64,000 nucleotides of DNA from Candidatus Hydrogenedentota bacterium. GTDB lineage: Bacteria; Hydrogenedentota; Hydrogenedentia; Hydrogenedentales; SLHB01. Where the stretch lies: assembly GCA_963674865.2 (NCBI GenBank), contig CAXXYE010000009.1:1472001-1536000 (forward strand), given 5' to 3'. Position numbers and translations under genes: made by a program. A model generated the notes under the pieces. That model was given only the letters and a program-made list of their open reading frames with translations, ran no database searches and was not told the DNA's origin. This document shows, piece after piece, positions 1 to 9,070 of this stretch; the first letter of the stretch is position 1, and every line of letters begins with the position of its first letter.

Positions 1-397
1 AATCGTCATACCAGGGGGTAGCAAGAGGCAGGCCAGGGACGATGCAGACGGTCACGGGAAGTTGTTCGCGTCCATTCAGCACTAGAAACGGCGACACAAA
101 ACACACGGTTACCGCGCACCACAGCACTCCAAAGATGATGCCCCCCGTCATCTGTCTGGCTGACCGCTTTGCGATTCCCGGAGCCAAGAGGAGCAGTGGC
201 GCGACAAATAGCTGTGACAGCATGATTGGCGCACCGCCGACCTGCATTGAAGGGATCAGTGCCACAGCTCCGGCGAGCATCCCCATGAGCAAAGCCGCGT
301 CGGCAGGTTTGCCGAAGAGTGTGATCGGTTGCTGGATGTGCCGTCGGGCTCTGTCTGGCCCCGAGACTTCCAAAGGGTTGTCTCGCTCTGGCTGCAT
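1..397 (-). CDS. Hypothetical membrane protein, runs off the left edge (partial)
   Basis: Not in the ORF track because no stop lies in the window. ATG at 397 follows GGGGAGG; frame MQPERDNPLEV...ALLMGMLAGAVALI...GIIFGVLWCAVTVCFV stays open to base 1 with several hydrophobic segments. Confidence 0.65.
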   Translation of the reverse strand, partial: MQPERDNPLEVSGPDRARRHIQQPITLFGKPADAALLMGMLAGAVALIPSMQVGGAPIMLSQLFVAPLLLLAPGIAKRSARQMTGGIIFGVLWCAVTVCFVSPFLVLNGREQLPVTVCIVPGLPLATPWYDD

Positions 398-488
398 CGT
401 TGAAGCCTCCCCGCATCCCTGAAGACGGCCCCGCCATCACCGAGTTCGAGTGTGTCGTGACTTCGGACACACCAAATCTCCTGCGATT

Positions 489-517
489 ATACTACTGCCA
501 TAACGCGGGTGCGTCAA
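489..517 (-). promoter_or_regulatory. Sigma70-type promoter for the partial membrane-protein gene
   Basis: TTGACG-N17-TAGTAT on the minus strand. Confidence 0.5.
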
Positions 518-640
518 TCGCTGTTTGGGCTGGCCTGGTGTCGGAGGGGGCTTCCTGAAAGACGTCTAGCATGGCAACGCGTACGGTGCTTTAGGCCACT
601 GACAGAGCCCGTCGGCCCGCACCCTCCGTTCCCGGGTACC

Positions 641-2812
641 TCAGCCGCGCGCGGGCTGAAGCAGCCGAAGGGCGTTGAAGATCACGAGCAAGGAAGCGCC
701 CATGTCGGCGGCGATGGCCATCCAGAGCGTGGCGAGGCCACACAGCGCCAGCGCGATGAAGACGAGCTTGATCCCGAGCGCGAAGGCGATGCTCTGCTTG
801 ATGGTTCTCAACGCGCGGCGGGCGTGGCGAATGAGCCATGGGATCCGCGCGAGATCATCGGCCATGAGGGCGATGTCGGCCGTCTCGATAGCCGCGTCTG
901 CACCCGCCGCGCCCATCGCGATGCCGAGCGTGGCCGCGGCCATGGCGGGCGCGTCATTGATGCCGTCCCCCACCATGGCGAGTCGGCCGTGTTCCCGGAC
1001 AAGCCTCTCGACCTCAACCACCTTGTCCTCGGGGAGAAGTTCAGCGCGGAAGTCGTCCACTCCCGCGGCCTTGGCGATGGCTTGGGCAGTGCCCTGATTA
1101 TCGCCGGTGAGCATGACGACGGATCTAATTCCGGCCTCTTTCAGGGCGTGTACAGCTGCCGGGGCGTCGGGCCGGATTTCATCGGCCACACTGATCAGGC
1201 CGCACACGTGCCTGTCATTGCCGACGAACACCGACGAATGGCCGGCGTCTTCCAGGGACTCGGCAATGCCGTGCGCCTCCGCATCATCCATGGCAAGCTC
1301 GTGGACGAATCGATGGCTTCCTACCCAGAACGGGCGATCGCCGTATCTGGCTTCGCCGCCCTTTCCTTTCAGCGCGCGATAGCCCTCCGCCGGCGTGAAC
1401 GCGACGCCGCGTTCCTGGGCGCAGTGGACGACGGCCCTCCCAACGGGATGCTCGCTGTGCGCCTCGATCGCCGCTGCTCGCTCGAGTAATTCCTCTTCAG
1501 AATGATCGTTCAGCGGCACGATTCGCTGGACGGTGGGATGGCCGGAGGTGAGCGTGCCTGTCTTGTCCATTGCTACCGCGTTGAGGCGCGCCGCCCCTTC
1601 GAGATACATCCCACCCTTGATTAGGATACCGGCCCGCGCCGCGGAGGCCAGGGCCGCGACGATACTCACCGGCGTGGAGATCACGAGGGCGCACGGACAC
1701 GCGATAACCAAGATCACGAGGGCCTCGTAGAACCACTTGGCCCATCCTTCTCCCAATACCAGCGGAGGAACGACGGCAATAAGCAGTGCAAGGCCCATCA
1801 TGGCCGGTGTGTAGTACCGCGCGAACGTCTCCACCCATCGCTCGCTCGGGGCGCGCCGCGCCTGAGCCTCCTCCACCATGCGGATGATCCGCGCGAGCGT
1901 CGTGTCGGCCGCCGGGCGCGTCACGCGGAATCGAAACGCGCTTTCGTTGTTGATGGTTCCCGCGAAGACTTCATCGCCTACCTCTTTGGGCACCGGTCGG
2001 GACTCGCCCGTGATGGGCGCCTGGTTGATGCTGGTGCTGCCTTTAACGACTACGCCGTCGAGAGGGATCTTCTCTCCCGGGCGTACCGCCACTATTGTTC
2101 CCGTCACCACGGCCTCGACGAATTGCTCCTCGGACTCTCCGCCTTCAGGGGGCACGATACGCGCGGTGGCCGGCGAGAGGTCCATGAGCGCGCGGATCGC
2201 ACGACGCGCCCGGCCCACGCTCCACGATTCCAGAAGGAGCGCCAGCGAGAAGAGAAACGTTACTGTAGCCGCCTCGAACCACTCGCCGATGGCCGCGGCG
2301 CCAAGAACGGCCACCATCATGAGCAGGTTCATGTCAGGCCGTAGCCTGCGTGCGGCCGCAAGAGCCTTCGGGACGACGAACCAGCCGCCCGCCACGGCGG
2401 CGGCGATGTAGAGAACGAGCACGTCCGAGGGAAAGCGGTGTCCCTCTCCGGGGCCCCGTGTGAGCGCATCCATTACGCCGTGCTGAAGGGCGTGCAGCGC
2501 GAAGCCCGCGGCCAAGAAGATGCCGCTTGCGGCGCACATCCTCCCTCGCCCGCCGGTCCGCCGGCCCACGCTATGTGAGCCGGAAGCGGCATGCGCTTCC
2601 CAGCGAACCGCCTCCATCCCTGTACCCGCCACAGCCCGAACCACGGCGTCTTCAGCAAGCGTTTCCGGGGGCGACGAAACGGTTAGCTTGCCGTTGAGCA
2701 GATCAAAAACCAGGTGCTCCTCTCCACCCGCCAACGGCCCAAGAGCGCGCTTCAGGACGACAACCTCTTCGGCGCAGTCCATACCCCGGATCTTGAAGGC
2801 CAAGTCGCTCAC
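641..2812 (-). CDS. cadA: Heavy-metal P1B-2 ATPase (Zn/Cd/Pb, CadA/ZntA-like)
   Basis: N-terminal HMA (GMDCAEE), TGES, CPC, DKTGTLT, SEHP, GDGIND, TM7 Lys and TM8 ADMG. Confidence 0.93.
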   Translation of the reverse strand: MSDLAFKIRGMDCAEEVVVLKRALGPLAGGEEHLVFDLLNGKLTVSSPPETLAEDAVVRAVAGTGMEAVRWEAHAASGSHSVGRRTGGRGRMCAASGIFLAAGFALHALQHGVMDALTRGPGEGHRFPSDVLVLYIAAAVAGGWFVVPKALAAARRLRPDMNLLMMVAVLGAAAIGEWFEAATVTFLFSLALLLESWSVGRARRAIRALMDLSPATARIVPPEGGESEEQFVEAVVTGTIVAVRPGEKIPLDGVVVKGSTSINQAPITGESRPVPKEVGDEVFAGTINNESAFRFRVTRPAADTTLARIIRMVEEAQARRAPSERWVETFARYYTPAMMGLALLIAVVPPLVLGEGWAKWFYEALVILVIACPCALVISTPVSIVAALASAARAGILIKGGMYLEGAARLNAVAMDKTGTLTSGHPTVQRIVPLNDHSEEELLERAAAIEAHSEHPVGRAVVHCAQERGVAFTPAEGYRALKGKGGEARYGDRPFWVGSHRFVHELAMDDAEAHGIAESLEDAGHSSVFVGNDRHVCGLISVADEIRPDAPAAVHALKEAGIRSVVMLTGDNQGTAQAIAKAAGVDDFRAELLPEDKVVEVERLVREHGRLAMVGDGINDAPAMAAATLGIAMGAAGADAAIETADIALMADDLARIPWLIRHARRALRTIKQSIAFALGIKLVFIALALCGLATLWMAIAADMGASLLVIFNALRLLQPARG

Positions 2813-3041
2813 CGAACGCTCCCGTTGAGGTTGCCGTCAGGCACACTTCGCTCTTTTCAGGGGACACCTGCGGGGCGCTGCTTATTCCGTGTCGAGAGGG
2901 AGGGAGCCGGATGTGAAGCGCTTCAGACGCTGCTCGTGCGCCTACTCGTCTTGCGCCCAGTCCTGCGAAGCATTCGCGAAGACCTCTTCAGGCGTTCGTG
3001 AACGACATGTCGAGGCCACAAACAGAGTCATGGCCTGTCTT

Positions 3042-4409
3042 CTATCGGCCGGACTTAAGGGTTCGTCGCTCTAGGACAAAGATCTGCTGGCGTCCGCCGA
3101 TGTCCATATTGAAGGCAAGTCGGCGTCCGTCCGGCGCGAATGCAAGTCCCTTCGGCCCGCCGGGAATCAGCGCCTCGGATAGCAGCGGGCGCGGCGTGGG
3201 GGAGGGAGCACCCCGGCCCAAGTCCACGCGGTAGAGCATCTTATTGTCGCCCACGGCCAGCCACCTGCCCGAAGGATGCCAACAGGGATCTGTCCCCACG
3301 CCATCGGGCAGCGCCGTTAACTGGGCCAGGCCCTCGCCCGAAGGAGTGATGACGAAGAGTTGGTTCAGGCCGTCCGCGTCCTCGGCAAGGAAGGCGAGCC
3401 AAGTCCCCTGGGAATTGGCGCGGACGTAGCCCTTTACGGCTCCGAGCCGCGTCAGGCGTCGGATCTCCGTGCCGGCCGGCGGGGCCGGCAGGGCCGGCAG
3501 GGCGGTGTCTGTTCCCTCAAGAGGCCCCGAGGCGCCGGGAACGGTAATATCCTCCGGGATATCCACGACGAAGACATCGCGCTTCCCTTCAGCCAAGGTT
3601 CCGACGAAGGCCCGGCCAAAGCAGCGGCTTCCATCCCGCACGTAACCCCGCGCGCCAATCCATCCGTCGCCCTCGGCGCGGCTGATCTGATCGGAACCCG
3701 GCGCAGGTTTCGGAACGACGGGCACGAGCACGACGCTGAAACCCAGGCCGTCCCAATTCTCCGCATCCTTATCGACGTGAACGGGGATCCCCAGCCGGGT
3801 GACGCCGATGGTGCGCAGATTCCGCGTCTCGCCGGTTCTATCCTCGAGTTCCTTCATGATCATGTCGTTGTACGTGAAGCCTATCCACGCGTTCCCCGGC
3901 CCGCCGGGGTCGTGCACGTGCGTGCCGCCCCGCAATGCGCCCGGTGTGTACGGCGGCGTCACATCCCGCGCGTCGGCGTATTGAATGCCGTTTTCCCCGG
4001 GCCGCACGATGGCCCCGAAGCGGCGAAATTGCTCGTAGCGCAAACCCGTGGCCTTGGCCGGCCCATGGATGAAGATGATCGCGTCGCGATCCGGCAGATA
4101 GCTGGCCGCGGCGATGCCCGGGCCGAGTTCCGGCACGGACGCGGCGTCATAGGCTACCTCGTCCTCGCCCGTCACCACGTTCACCCGGCAGATCAGGCTG
4201 CTATCGCGGATGGCCCCGATATTGCGATCGTAGCAGAGCCACTGCCCGTCGGGCGAGAACGCCTTGCCCTGGGCGGAGAGATTGTGATGGGACGCGGCGT
4301 CGTGCGTAATCTGCCGCAATTGCCACCTGTCGGCGCGTGTGGCGCAGCCTGCGATGCACGCGAAGGCCACTAGGAGACTGAAATAACGCACGGCGCTTCC
4401 TTTCTTCAT
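3042..4409 (-). CDS. YidR-like (DUF3748) beta-propeller lipoprotein
   Basis: Lipobox IAGC; FIHGP, PPYTPGALRGGTHVH, FTYND and PGSDQISRA motifs as in E. coli YidR; TolB-like C-terminal repeats. Confidence 0.8.
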   Translation of the reverse strand: MKKGSAVRYFSLLVAFACIAGCATRADRWQLRQITHDAASHHNLSAQGKAFSPDGQWLCYDRNIGAIRDSSLICRVNVVTGEDEVAYDAASVPELGPGIAAASYLPDRDAIIFIHGPAKATGLRYEQFRRFGAIVRPGENGIQYADARDVTPPYTPGALRGGTHVHDPGGPGNAWIGFTYNDMIMKELEDRTGETRNLRTIGVTRLGIPVHVDKDAENWDGLGFSVVLVPVVPKPAPGSDQISRAEGDGWIGARGYVRDGSRCFGRAFVGTLAEGKRDVFVVDIPEDITVPGASGPLEGTDTALPALPAPPAGTEIRRLTRLGAVKGYVRANSQGTWLAFLAEDADGLNQLFVITPSGEGLAQLTALPDGVGTDPCWHPSGRWLAVGDNKMLYRVDLGRGAPSPTPRPLLSEALIPGGPKGLAFAPDGRRLAFNMDIGGRQQIFVLERRTLKSGR

Positions 4410-4412
4410 AGG

Positions 4413-5327
4413 CTACGAGTACCTTGCCTTCCGGTAGCCTTCCGCGAAGGCGGCCCCGTCATAGCCTTCATTCTCCGGCACGTCGGCGAGGGCCACCTCG
4501 ACGTCGCCGTTCAGCCACGAGTGCCGCGCCGCGAGGGCGCACCGCTCCGGCTCGATGAGCGCGTCGAACGCAACCGGCGGCTCCTCCTCTTCTCCGGCGA
4601 GGTACGGCAGCACGGCGGTGAGCAGGCTACGATACAAGTCGCCGCTGTCGGCGATGTACTGCGAGACGCTCCGCTCCGTGATGATGGTGGTGTAAAAGGG
4701 CAGCCAGTTCGCGGAGGCGCCCACGATGAGCATGCCGAAGCGGCCGTCCACCCAGTTCACCCGTACGCGGCGCTGAACGCCCTCGCTTAGGTGCTGCACA
4801 CTGGCGATCCCCGGCCCCATGATGCCGCTCAACATGGCGTAGGCATGGATGCCGTAGTTGAATTCATCCACGGCGCACCCGCAGATGCACGTATGAGGCG
4901 TGCCGCGTTCCTCCGGCGGCTGGGCGAGCCACGCGCGTGTTTCCGAGCAGAACCGCAGCGAAGAGCCGCCGGAGATGCGCGCTCCCTCCGCGGCCCAGCG
5001 GCGAAGCTGCGCGAGATCGGCGAGATTGCCGGCCACCGGTTTGTCAATGAGAACCGCCTTGCCGGCCTCGACGAAGGGCCGGGCCTTGTCCACGTGCGTG
5101 TCCCAATCGCACCCGTGGATGATCGCCGCATCGGCCTCCGCCGCCATCGCTTCGAGCGATGGGAAAACCTCGGGAATTCCGTGCTCTTTGGCGAAATTCC
5201 TGACGTATTCCTCGGGATGCACCGAGCCGCCATCCCACACCCCGACGACTTCATGCCCCAACTCCCGCTCGATGGGAATCCAGTTCTGCGGATGCGACGT
5301 ATCAAGATCGACAACGCCAATTCTCAT
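4413..5327 (-). CDS. Gfo/Idh/MocA-family oxidoreductase
   Basis: MRIGVVDLDTSH start, LIDKPVA, GGSSLRF, YGIH. Confidence 0.85.
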   Translation of the reverse strand: MRIGVVDLDTSHPQNWIPIERELGHEVVGVWDGGSVHPEEYVRNFAKEHGIPEVFPSLEAMAAEADAAIIHGCDWDTHVDKARPFVEAGKAVLIDKPVAGNLADLAQLRRWAAEGARISGGSSLRFCSETRAWLAQPPEERGTPHTCICGCAVDEFNYGIHAYAMLSGIMGPGIASVQHLSEGVQRRVRVNWVDGRFGMLIVGASANWLPFYTTIITERSVSQYIADSGDLYRSLLTAVLPYLAGEEEEPPVAFDALIEPERCALAARHSWLNGDVEVALADVPENEGYDGAAFAEGYRKARYS

Positions 5328-5532
5328 GGTGCTTGTGCCCTTCCTGCTTTCCACCCGGCCACACGCCGCCCGGCCCATTGCGTGTACACGAAACGCGGCG
5401 GTGTTTTCAACAGCAGCAGCCCACTCCGGACTTCGGACGACGTGCGTGTCGCACGGCTCTCAGGTGAGGGGAAACCAGGCTAGCCGCTGCTCGAAGGGCG
5501 CGCCGGCGGGGGACAGGTGCATGTGCCGGGCG

Positions 5533-6702
5533 TCAACGAGGCGTCGGCGGCTCTCGCCTCCGCCTGGCCACGGCGGCGACGGCAATTCCCAAGATGGCCA
5601 AGGCGCCCGCTCCGGCCATCCATGGCCCGGCCTGCCCTTCGACGGCTTCAGCCGGCTCGTCGGCCTCATCAGCCGGGCCCTCGGGCGCATCCGGGGCGGG
5701 TGAAGGGCCTTCCGCTACGTCCGCGACGGTGGCGTTGGCACTCACCGCGTCCGTATTGGCCGCAAGCTCGTCGTCAATGGATTGGAGGAGCGCGTTGTCA
5801 ACGCGGTGCTGGTGTTTGGCAAACGTTGCCTCGAGCATGGACTGCGCGATTCTCGCCATGGGCGTATCAGGGAAATCGCTCAATACCTGCTCCAGGGCGG
5901 CCTGCCAATTGCCGCCGTGGGCGCCGGCGTAGGCGCTCGCATATCCCTCCACCGATGCCTTGGCGACGGCCATCTCGTGCGAGTTCTCCCCGAAGATATC
6001 CCCGCGTTCGGCGGCTTCCTTCCGCTCTGCCCACATCTCCAAGGCGCGGCGCCAACTCGACTCCTCACGCGGCCCCCAGCCAATGCCGCGCTCAGGAGGC
6101 TCCGGATCCTTGAGCCAGTCCTCGCGCCGGCGCTCATAGGTGTAGGCCAACGCATCTATGGCCTGGTAGTAGTAATCCTGCGCCTTCCCCGTGTCCTTTG
6201 CATAATGCAGCTCGATGCTCCCCGCGAGAATCGCCGCGCGCGGCACCATGATCTGGGGCGACCACAGCGTGTCCATAGGCTCAACGCTGTAGTAATCCTC
6301 GTGCTTGTAGTTCGACATCACGCGCTCGAAGTACTCCAGCGCCTCTTCTCGCCGCCACACCATGGCCTTGCCCGGATCCTGGCGCTGCGATAGCAACACG
6401 CCGATGCGATACTCGATGACGATATTGTCCGGATGCTCAGGGCGGTAGGACAAGGCGCGCGCGTAGTGCTCCACCACCAGATCGCGGTTCTGCATTTCCA
6501 CCGGAGCCCCGCAGTCCGCGTCATAGCGCCTGCCCAACGCCATTTCCTCCTCGAAGCGGCTGAGGTCCTCGGCCGCAAAGGCGCTGCCAGAGATGCCCGC
6601 GGCCGCGGCGCAAATGATGCACAGAAAGGCCGGCGCCTTGCCGGCCCTATTCGCCAGCCGCACACGGCGCCCGCGGCCTATCCCCTCTACCACCCCGTCC
6701 AT
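5533..6702 (-). CDS. Exported helical (TPR-like) protein with C-terminal membrane anchor
   Basis: GAGGAGG SD before ATG 6702; signal-like segment ending AFA; acidic Pro/Ala linker; C-terminal TM plus RRRR tail. Confidence 0.7.
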   Translation of the reverse strand: MDGVVEGIGRGRRVRLANRAGKAPAFLCIICAAAAGISGSAFAAEDLSRFEEEMALGRRYDADCGAPVEMQNRDLVVEHYARALSYRPEHPDNIVIEYRIGVLLSQRQDPGKAMVWRREEALEYFERVMSNYKHEDYYSVEPMDTLWSPQIMVPRAAILAGSIELHYAKDTGKAQDYYYQAIDALAYTYERRREDWLKDPEPPERGIGWGPREESSWRRALEMWAERKEAAERGDIFGENSHEMAVAKASVEGYASAYAGAHGGNWQAALEQVLSDFPDTPMARIAQSMLEATFAKHQHRVDNALLQSIDDELAANTDAVSANATVADVAEGPSPAPDAPEGPADEADEPAEAVEGQAGPWMAGAGALAILGIAVAAVARRRREPPTPR

Positions 6703-6715
6703 CCGCGCCGCCTCC

Positions 6716-7426
6716 TCATTCATCATCGAGTTCCCGCACCACACGAAAGCCATTCGTGGGATCCTGCAAGTACATTTCCTGGTGCGCAACGTTCCCGCAG
6801 TTGCAGTACTTGGATCTATCGTCGGCGCCACCACCCATGACAAAGAACCATTTCCCACCTGGCGTGCTCGGATCTGTGCAGAGTTCGTCCGCGTTTCCGC
6901 ACATATCATATAGGCCCCACGCATTTGGCGTCGTCTGACGGACTTGCTTCGGCTCGCCGTGGCTGTTCTCCCAACACCATGCGTACCTGTCGTCGAACGC
7001 ATCCCCCCAGTAATACTTGGTGGTTGAACCTGCCCGGCAGGCGTACTCCCATTCATCACGATCTGGCAGCCGATAGCCCCGGCCATCCCCCGCCCGCAAG
7101 GCCCTGCAAAAGAGTTCTACATCCTTCCATGCGACCTTTGTCTCGGGCTTGTCCCCATCATCCCCGTAGTACGGCTCCTGATAGACGACCTCAAACCATT
7201 GAGCACGTGTGATCTCGCAGGCCGTCATCTCGAAAGCGTGATCGATGCGAACTTCCTGCCCATCCCGTACAAACGTGCCCGGATGGATCGTCACCCATTC
7301 AACGCCGGTGCGCTCGAGTATTGCCTCCATGACGCGCTTCTTGCTTGGCGAGCACCCCACCAGGCACAGACTTACTAGGACGCACGTCATGAGCCGCCGC
7401 CATCCGAGGCCCCGGCCTTTTGCCAT
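6716..7426 (-). CDS. FGE-sulfatase (SUMF1/CLec-fold) lipoprotein, copy 3
   Basis: Lipobox LVGC; RLP..EWEYACRAG, PNAWGLYDMCGN, GFRVV. Confidence 0.88.
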   Translation of the reverse strand: MAKGRGLGWRRLMTCVLVSLCLVGCSPSKKRVMEAILERTGVEWVTIHPGTFVRDGQEVRIDHAFEMTACEITRAQWFEVVYQEPYYGDDGDKPETKVAWKDVELFCRALRAGDGRGYRLPDRDEWEYACRAGSTTKYYWGDAFDDRYAWCWENSHGEPKQVRQTTPNAWGLYDMCGNADELCTDPSTPGGKWFFVMGGGADDRSKYCNCGNVAHQEMYLQDPTNGFRVVRELDDE

Positions 7427-7439
7427 CCGCGCCGCCTCC

Positions 7440-8147
7440 CTAGTCATCATCGAGTTCCCGCACCACACGGAATCCACTGAAGGCCGATCCATAACCGTCC
7501 TCCGGCATGAAAGTGTCGCAGGCGCAGTACTTCGGCCTATTGCCTGTACTGCCGCCCATGACGACGAGGAATTCCGGACTTGGCATCTTCTGATTCGTGC
7601 AGAGCTCTTCCGCGTTTCCAACCATATCGTACAAACCCCATGCATTCGGTAGCTTCTGACGGACTTGCTGCGGCTCGCCCCGGGCGTTTTCAAGACACCA
7701 GGCGTATCTAGCGTCGAACTCATCTCCCCAGTAGCTCTTGGTTGTCGAGCCGGCCCGGCAGGCGTATTCCCATTCATCACGCTCAGGTAGCCGGTACACC
7801 CGGCCATCCGCCGCCCGCAAGGCCCTGCAAAAGAGATCCGTATCCTGCCACCCTACCCCCGTCTTCGGCTTGTCGCCGTCATCCCCGTAGTACGGCTGTT
7901 GGTAGACGACCTCAAACCATTGAGCACGTGTGATCTCACAGGCCGTCATCTCGAAAGCGTGATCGATGCGGACTTCCTGCCCATCCCGTACAAACGTGCC
8001 CGGATGGATCGTCACCCATTCAACGCCGGTGCGCTCGAGTATTGCCTCCATGACGCGCTTCTTGCTTGGCGAGCAGCCCGCCAGGCACAGACCTACTAGG
8101 ACGCACGCAATGGCCAGCCTCCATCCGTGGCCTCGGCCTTTTGCCAT
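7440..8147 (-). CDS. FGE-sulfatase (SUMF1/CLec-fold) lipoprotein, copy 2
   Basis: Lipobox LAGC; EWEYACRAG, PNAWGLYDMVGN, GFRVV; paralogue of 6716-7426 at a 721-bp offset. Confidence 0.88.
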   Translation of the reverse strand: MAKGRGHGWRLAIACVLVGLCLAGCSPSKKRVMEAILERTGVEWVTIHPGTFVRDGQEVRIDHAFEMTACEITRAQWFEVVYQQPYYGDDGDKPKTGVGWQDTDLFCRALRAADGRVYRLPERDEWEYACRAGSTTKSYWGDEFDARYAWCLENARGEPQQVRQKLPNAWGLYDMVGNAEELCTNQKMPSPEFLVVMGGSTGNRPKYCACDTFMPEDGYGSAFSGFRVVRELDDD

Positions 8148-8160
8148 TCCCGCCGCCTCC

Positions 8161-8919
8161 CTAGTCATCATCGAGTTCCCGAACTACGCGGAATCCCGCG
8201 TCCGGCCATCGCTCAGCGACCGCCGTCAGCCTAGAGCTGCTACAACCGCAGTTCTCGCCCCGCATCGCGGCCGAGCCTCCCATAGAGAAGGGCCAACGCA
8301 CCGGCTTTGTCCGCGCGAGGATGAATTCGCCGGCGTTCCCTTCCATGTCATACAGCCCCCATGCGTTCGGCTTCTTCGTGCCAACATCATGCACCTCTCC
8401 GCCGCTGCTCTCGTAGCTCCATGCGAATGCTTCGTCGAAGTCGTCTCCCCACGCGTAGCGCGTTGCCGCGCCCGCCCGGCAGGCGTGCTCCCATTCATTC
8501 CAGCGGGGGAGGCGGTAGGTGCGGCCGTCCGTTTCACTCAGCTTCTCGCAGAATAGCAGCGCCTCGTGATACCGGATACGAGTCATCGGCTTGTTGCCGT
8601 CATTGCCGTCGTAGCGCTGCCCCGTCATAACTTCGCGCCATTGCGCCCGTGTGATCTCGAAGGCGCTCAACTCGAATGCCTTCTCGACCACCGGCTTCCC
8701 GTCCGGGCCCTGGGGAGTCATATACGGGTGTTTGCTGGGAGTTGGAGTGAAGGAGCCCGGCTGGATCAGAACCCATTGGATCCGCTCGGCCGGCCCTTTG
8801 GTGCATGTGACGCCCGTCCCGGCCAGCCACAGGCACAGAATGGCCCGCATCCAGCCGCAAGCGCGTGTATTGCGCGGCAGCGCTTCGCTTGTATGGATAC
8901 TCCCCCGACTGTGCGACAT
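8161..8919 (-). CDS. FGE-sulfatase (SUMF1/CLec-fold) exported protein, copy 1 (divergent; start uncertain)
   Basis: EWEHACRAG, KPNAWGLYDMEGN, GFRVVRELDDD; N-terminal hydrophobic segment. Confidence 0.85.
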   Translation of the reverse strand: MSHSRGSIHTSEALPRNTRACGWMRAILCLWLAGTGVTCTKGPAERIQWVLIQPGSFTPTPSKHPYMTPQGPDGKPVVEKAFELSAFEITRAQWREVMTGQRYDGNDGNKPMTRIRYHEALLFCEKLSETDGRTYRLPRWNEWEHACRAGAATRYAWGDDFDEAFAWSYESSGGEVHDVGTKKPNAWGLYDMEGNAGEFILARTKPVRWPFSMGGSAAMRGENCGCSSSRLTAVAERWPDAGFRVVRELDDD

Positions 8920-8938
8920 CCTTCAGTCCACACCTGAT

Positions 8939-9057
8939 TAGTGTTCTGACTCATAATTGGCGTTGCTTATCCGCGGATGAAGAAGCGCCAAGAAGAAGCG
9001 AAAAACGGGGACTGACACAAGCGGAGCGAAGCTGAGACGTGTCTGTCCCTGCTTTTC
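8939..9057. repeat. Dispersed intergenic hairpin repeat, copy 1
   Basis: 119 nt matching 15584-15701 with 5 mismatches and 1 indel; stem GGGACTGACAC...GTGTCTGTCCC. Confidence 0.9.
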
Positions 9058-9070
9058 CCCGAGCCTGTGC

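Noticed and set aside
509..1489. Long antisense or alternate-frame ORFs (also 9721-11355, 15706-17013, 19248-20627, 31886-33100, 48134-49825)
   Set aside because: Shadows of well-supported genes on the opposite strand in GC-rich DNA; no recognisable motifs
2942..2944. Pyrrolysine or stop-codon readthrough at the TAG
   Set aside because: The region also needs a frameshift to look protein-like, and TAG is a normal stop elsewhere (rpmG, rplA)
5460..5522. Short peptide MHLSPAGAPFEQRLAWFPLT
   Set aside because: No SD; may be a gene-end remnant but cannot be supported
6716..8171. Diversity-generating retroelement (TR/VR pair)
   Set aside because: No reverse transcriptase or Avd in the window; both repeats are full genes; differences include non-adenine synonymous changes (GGC/GGT, TTC/TTT) and an indel
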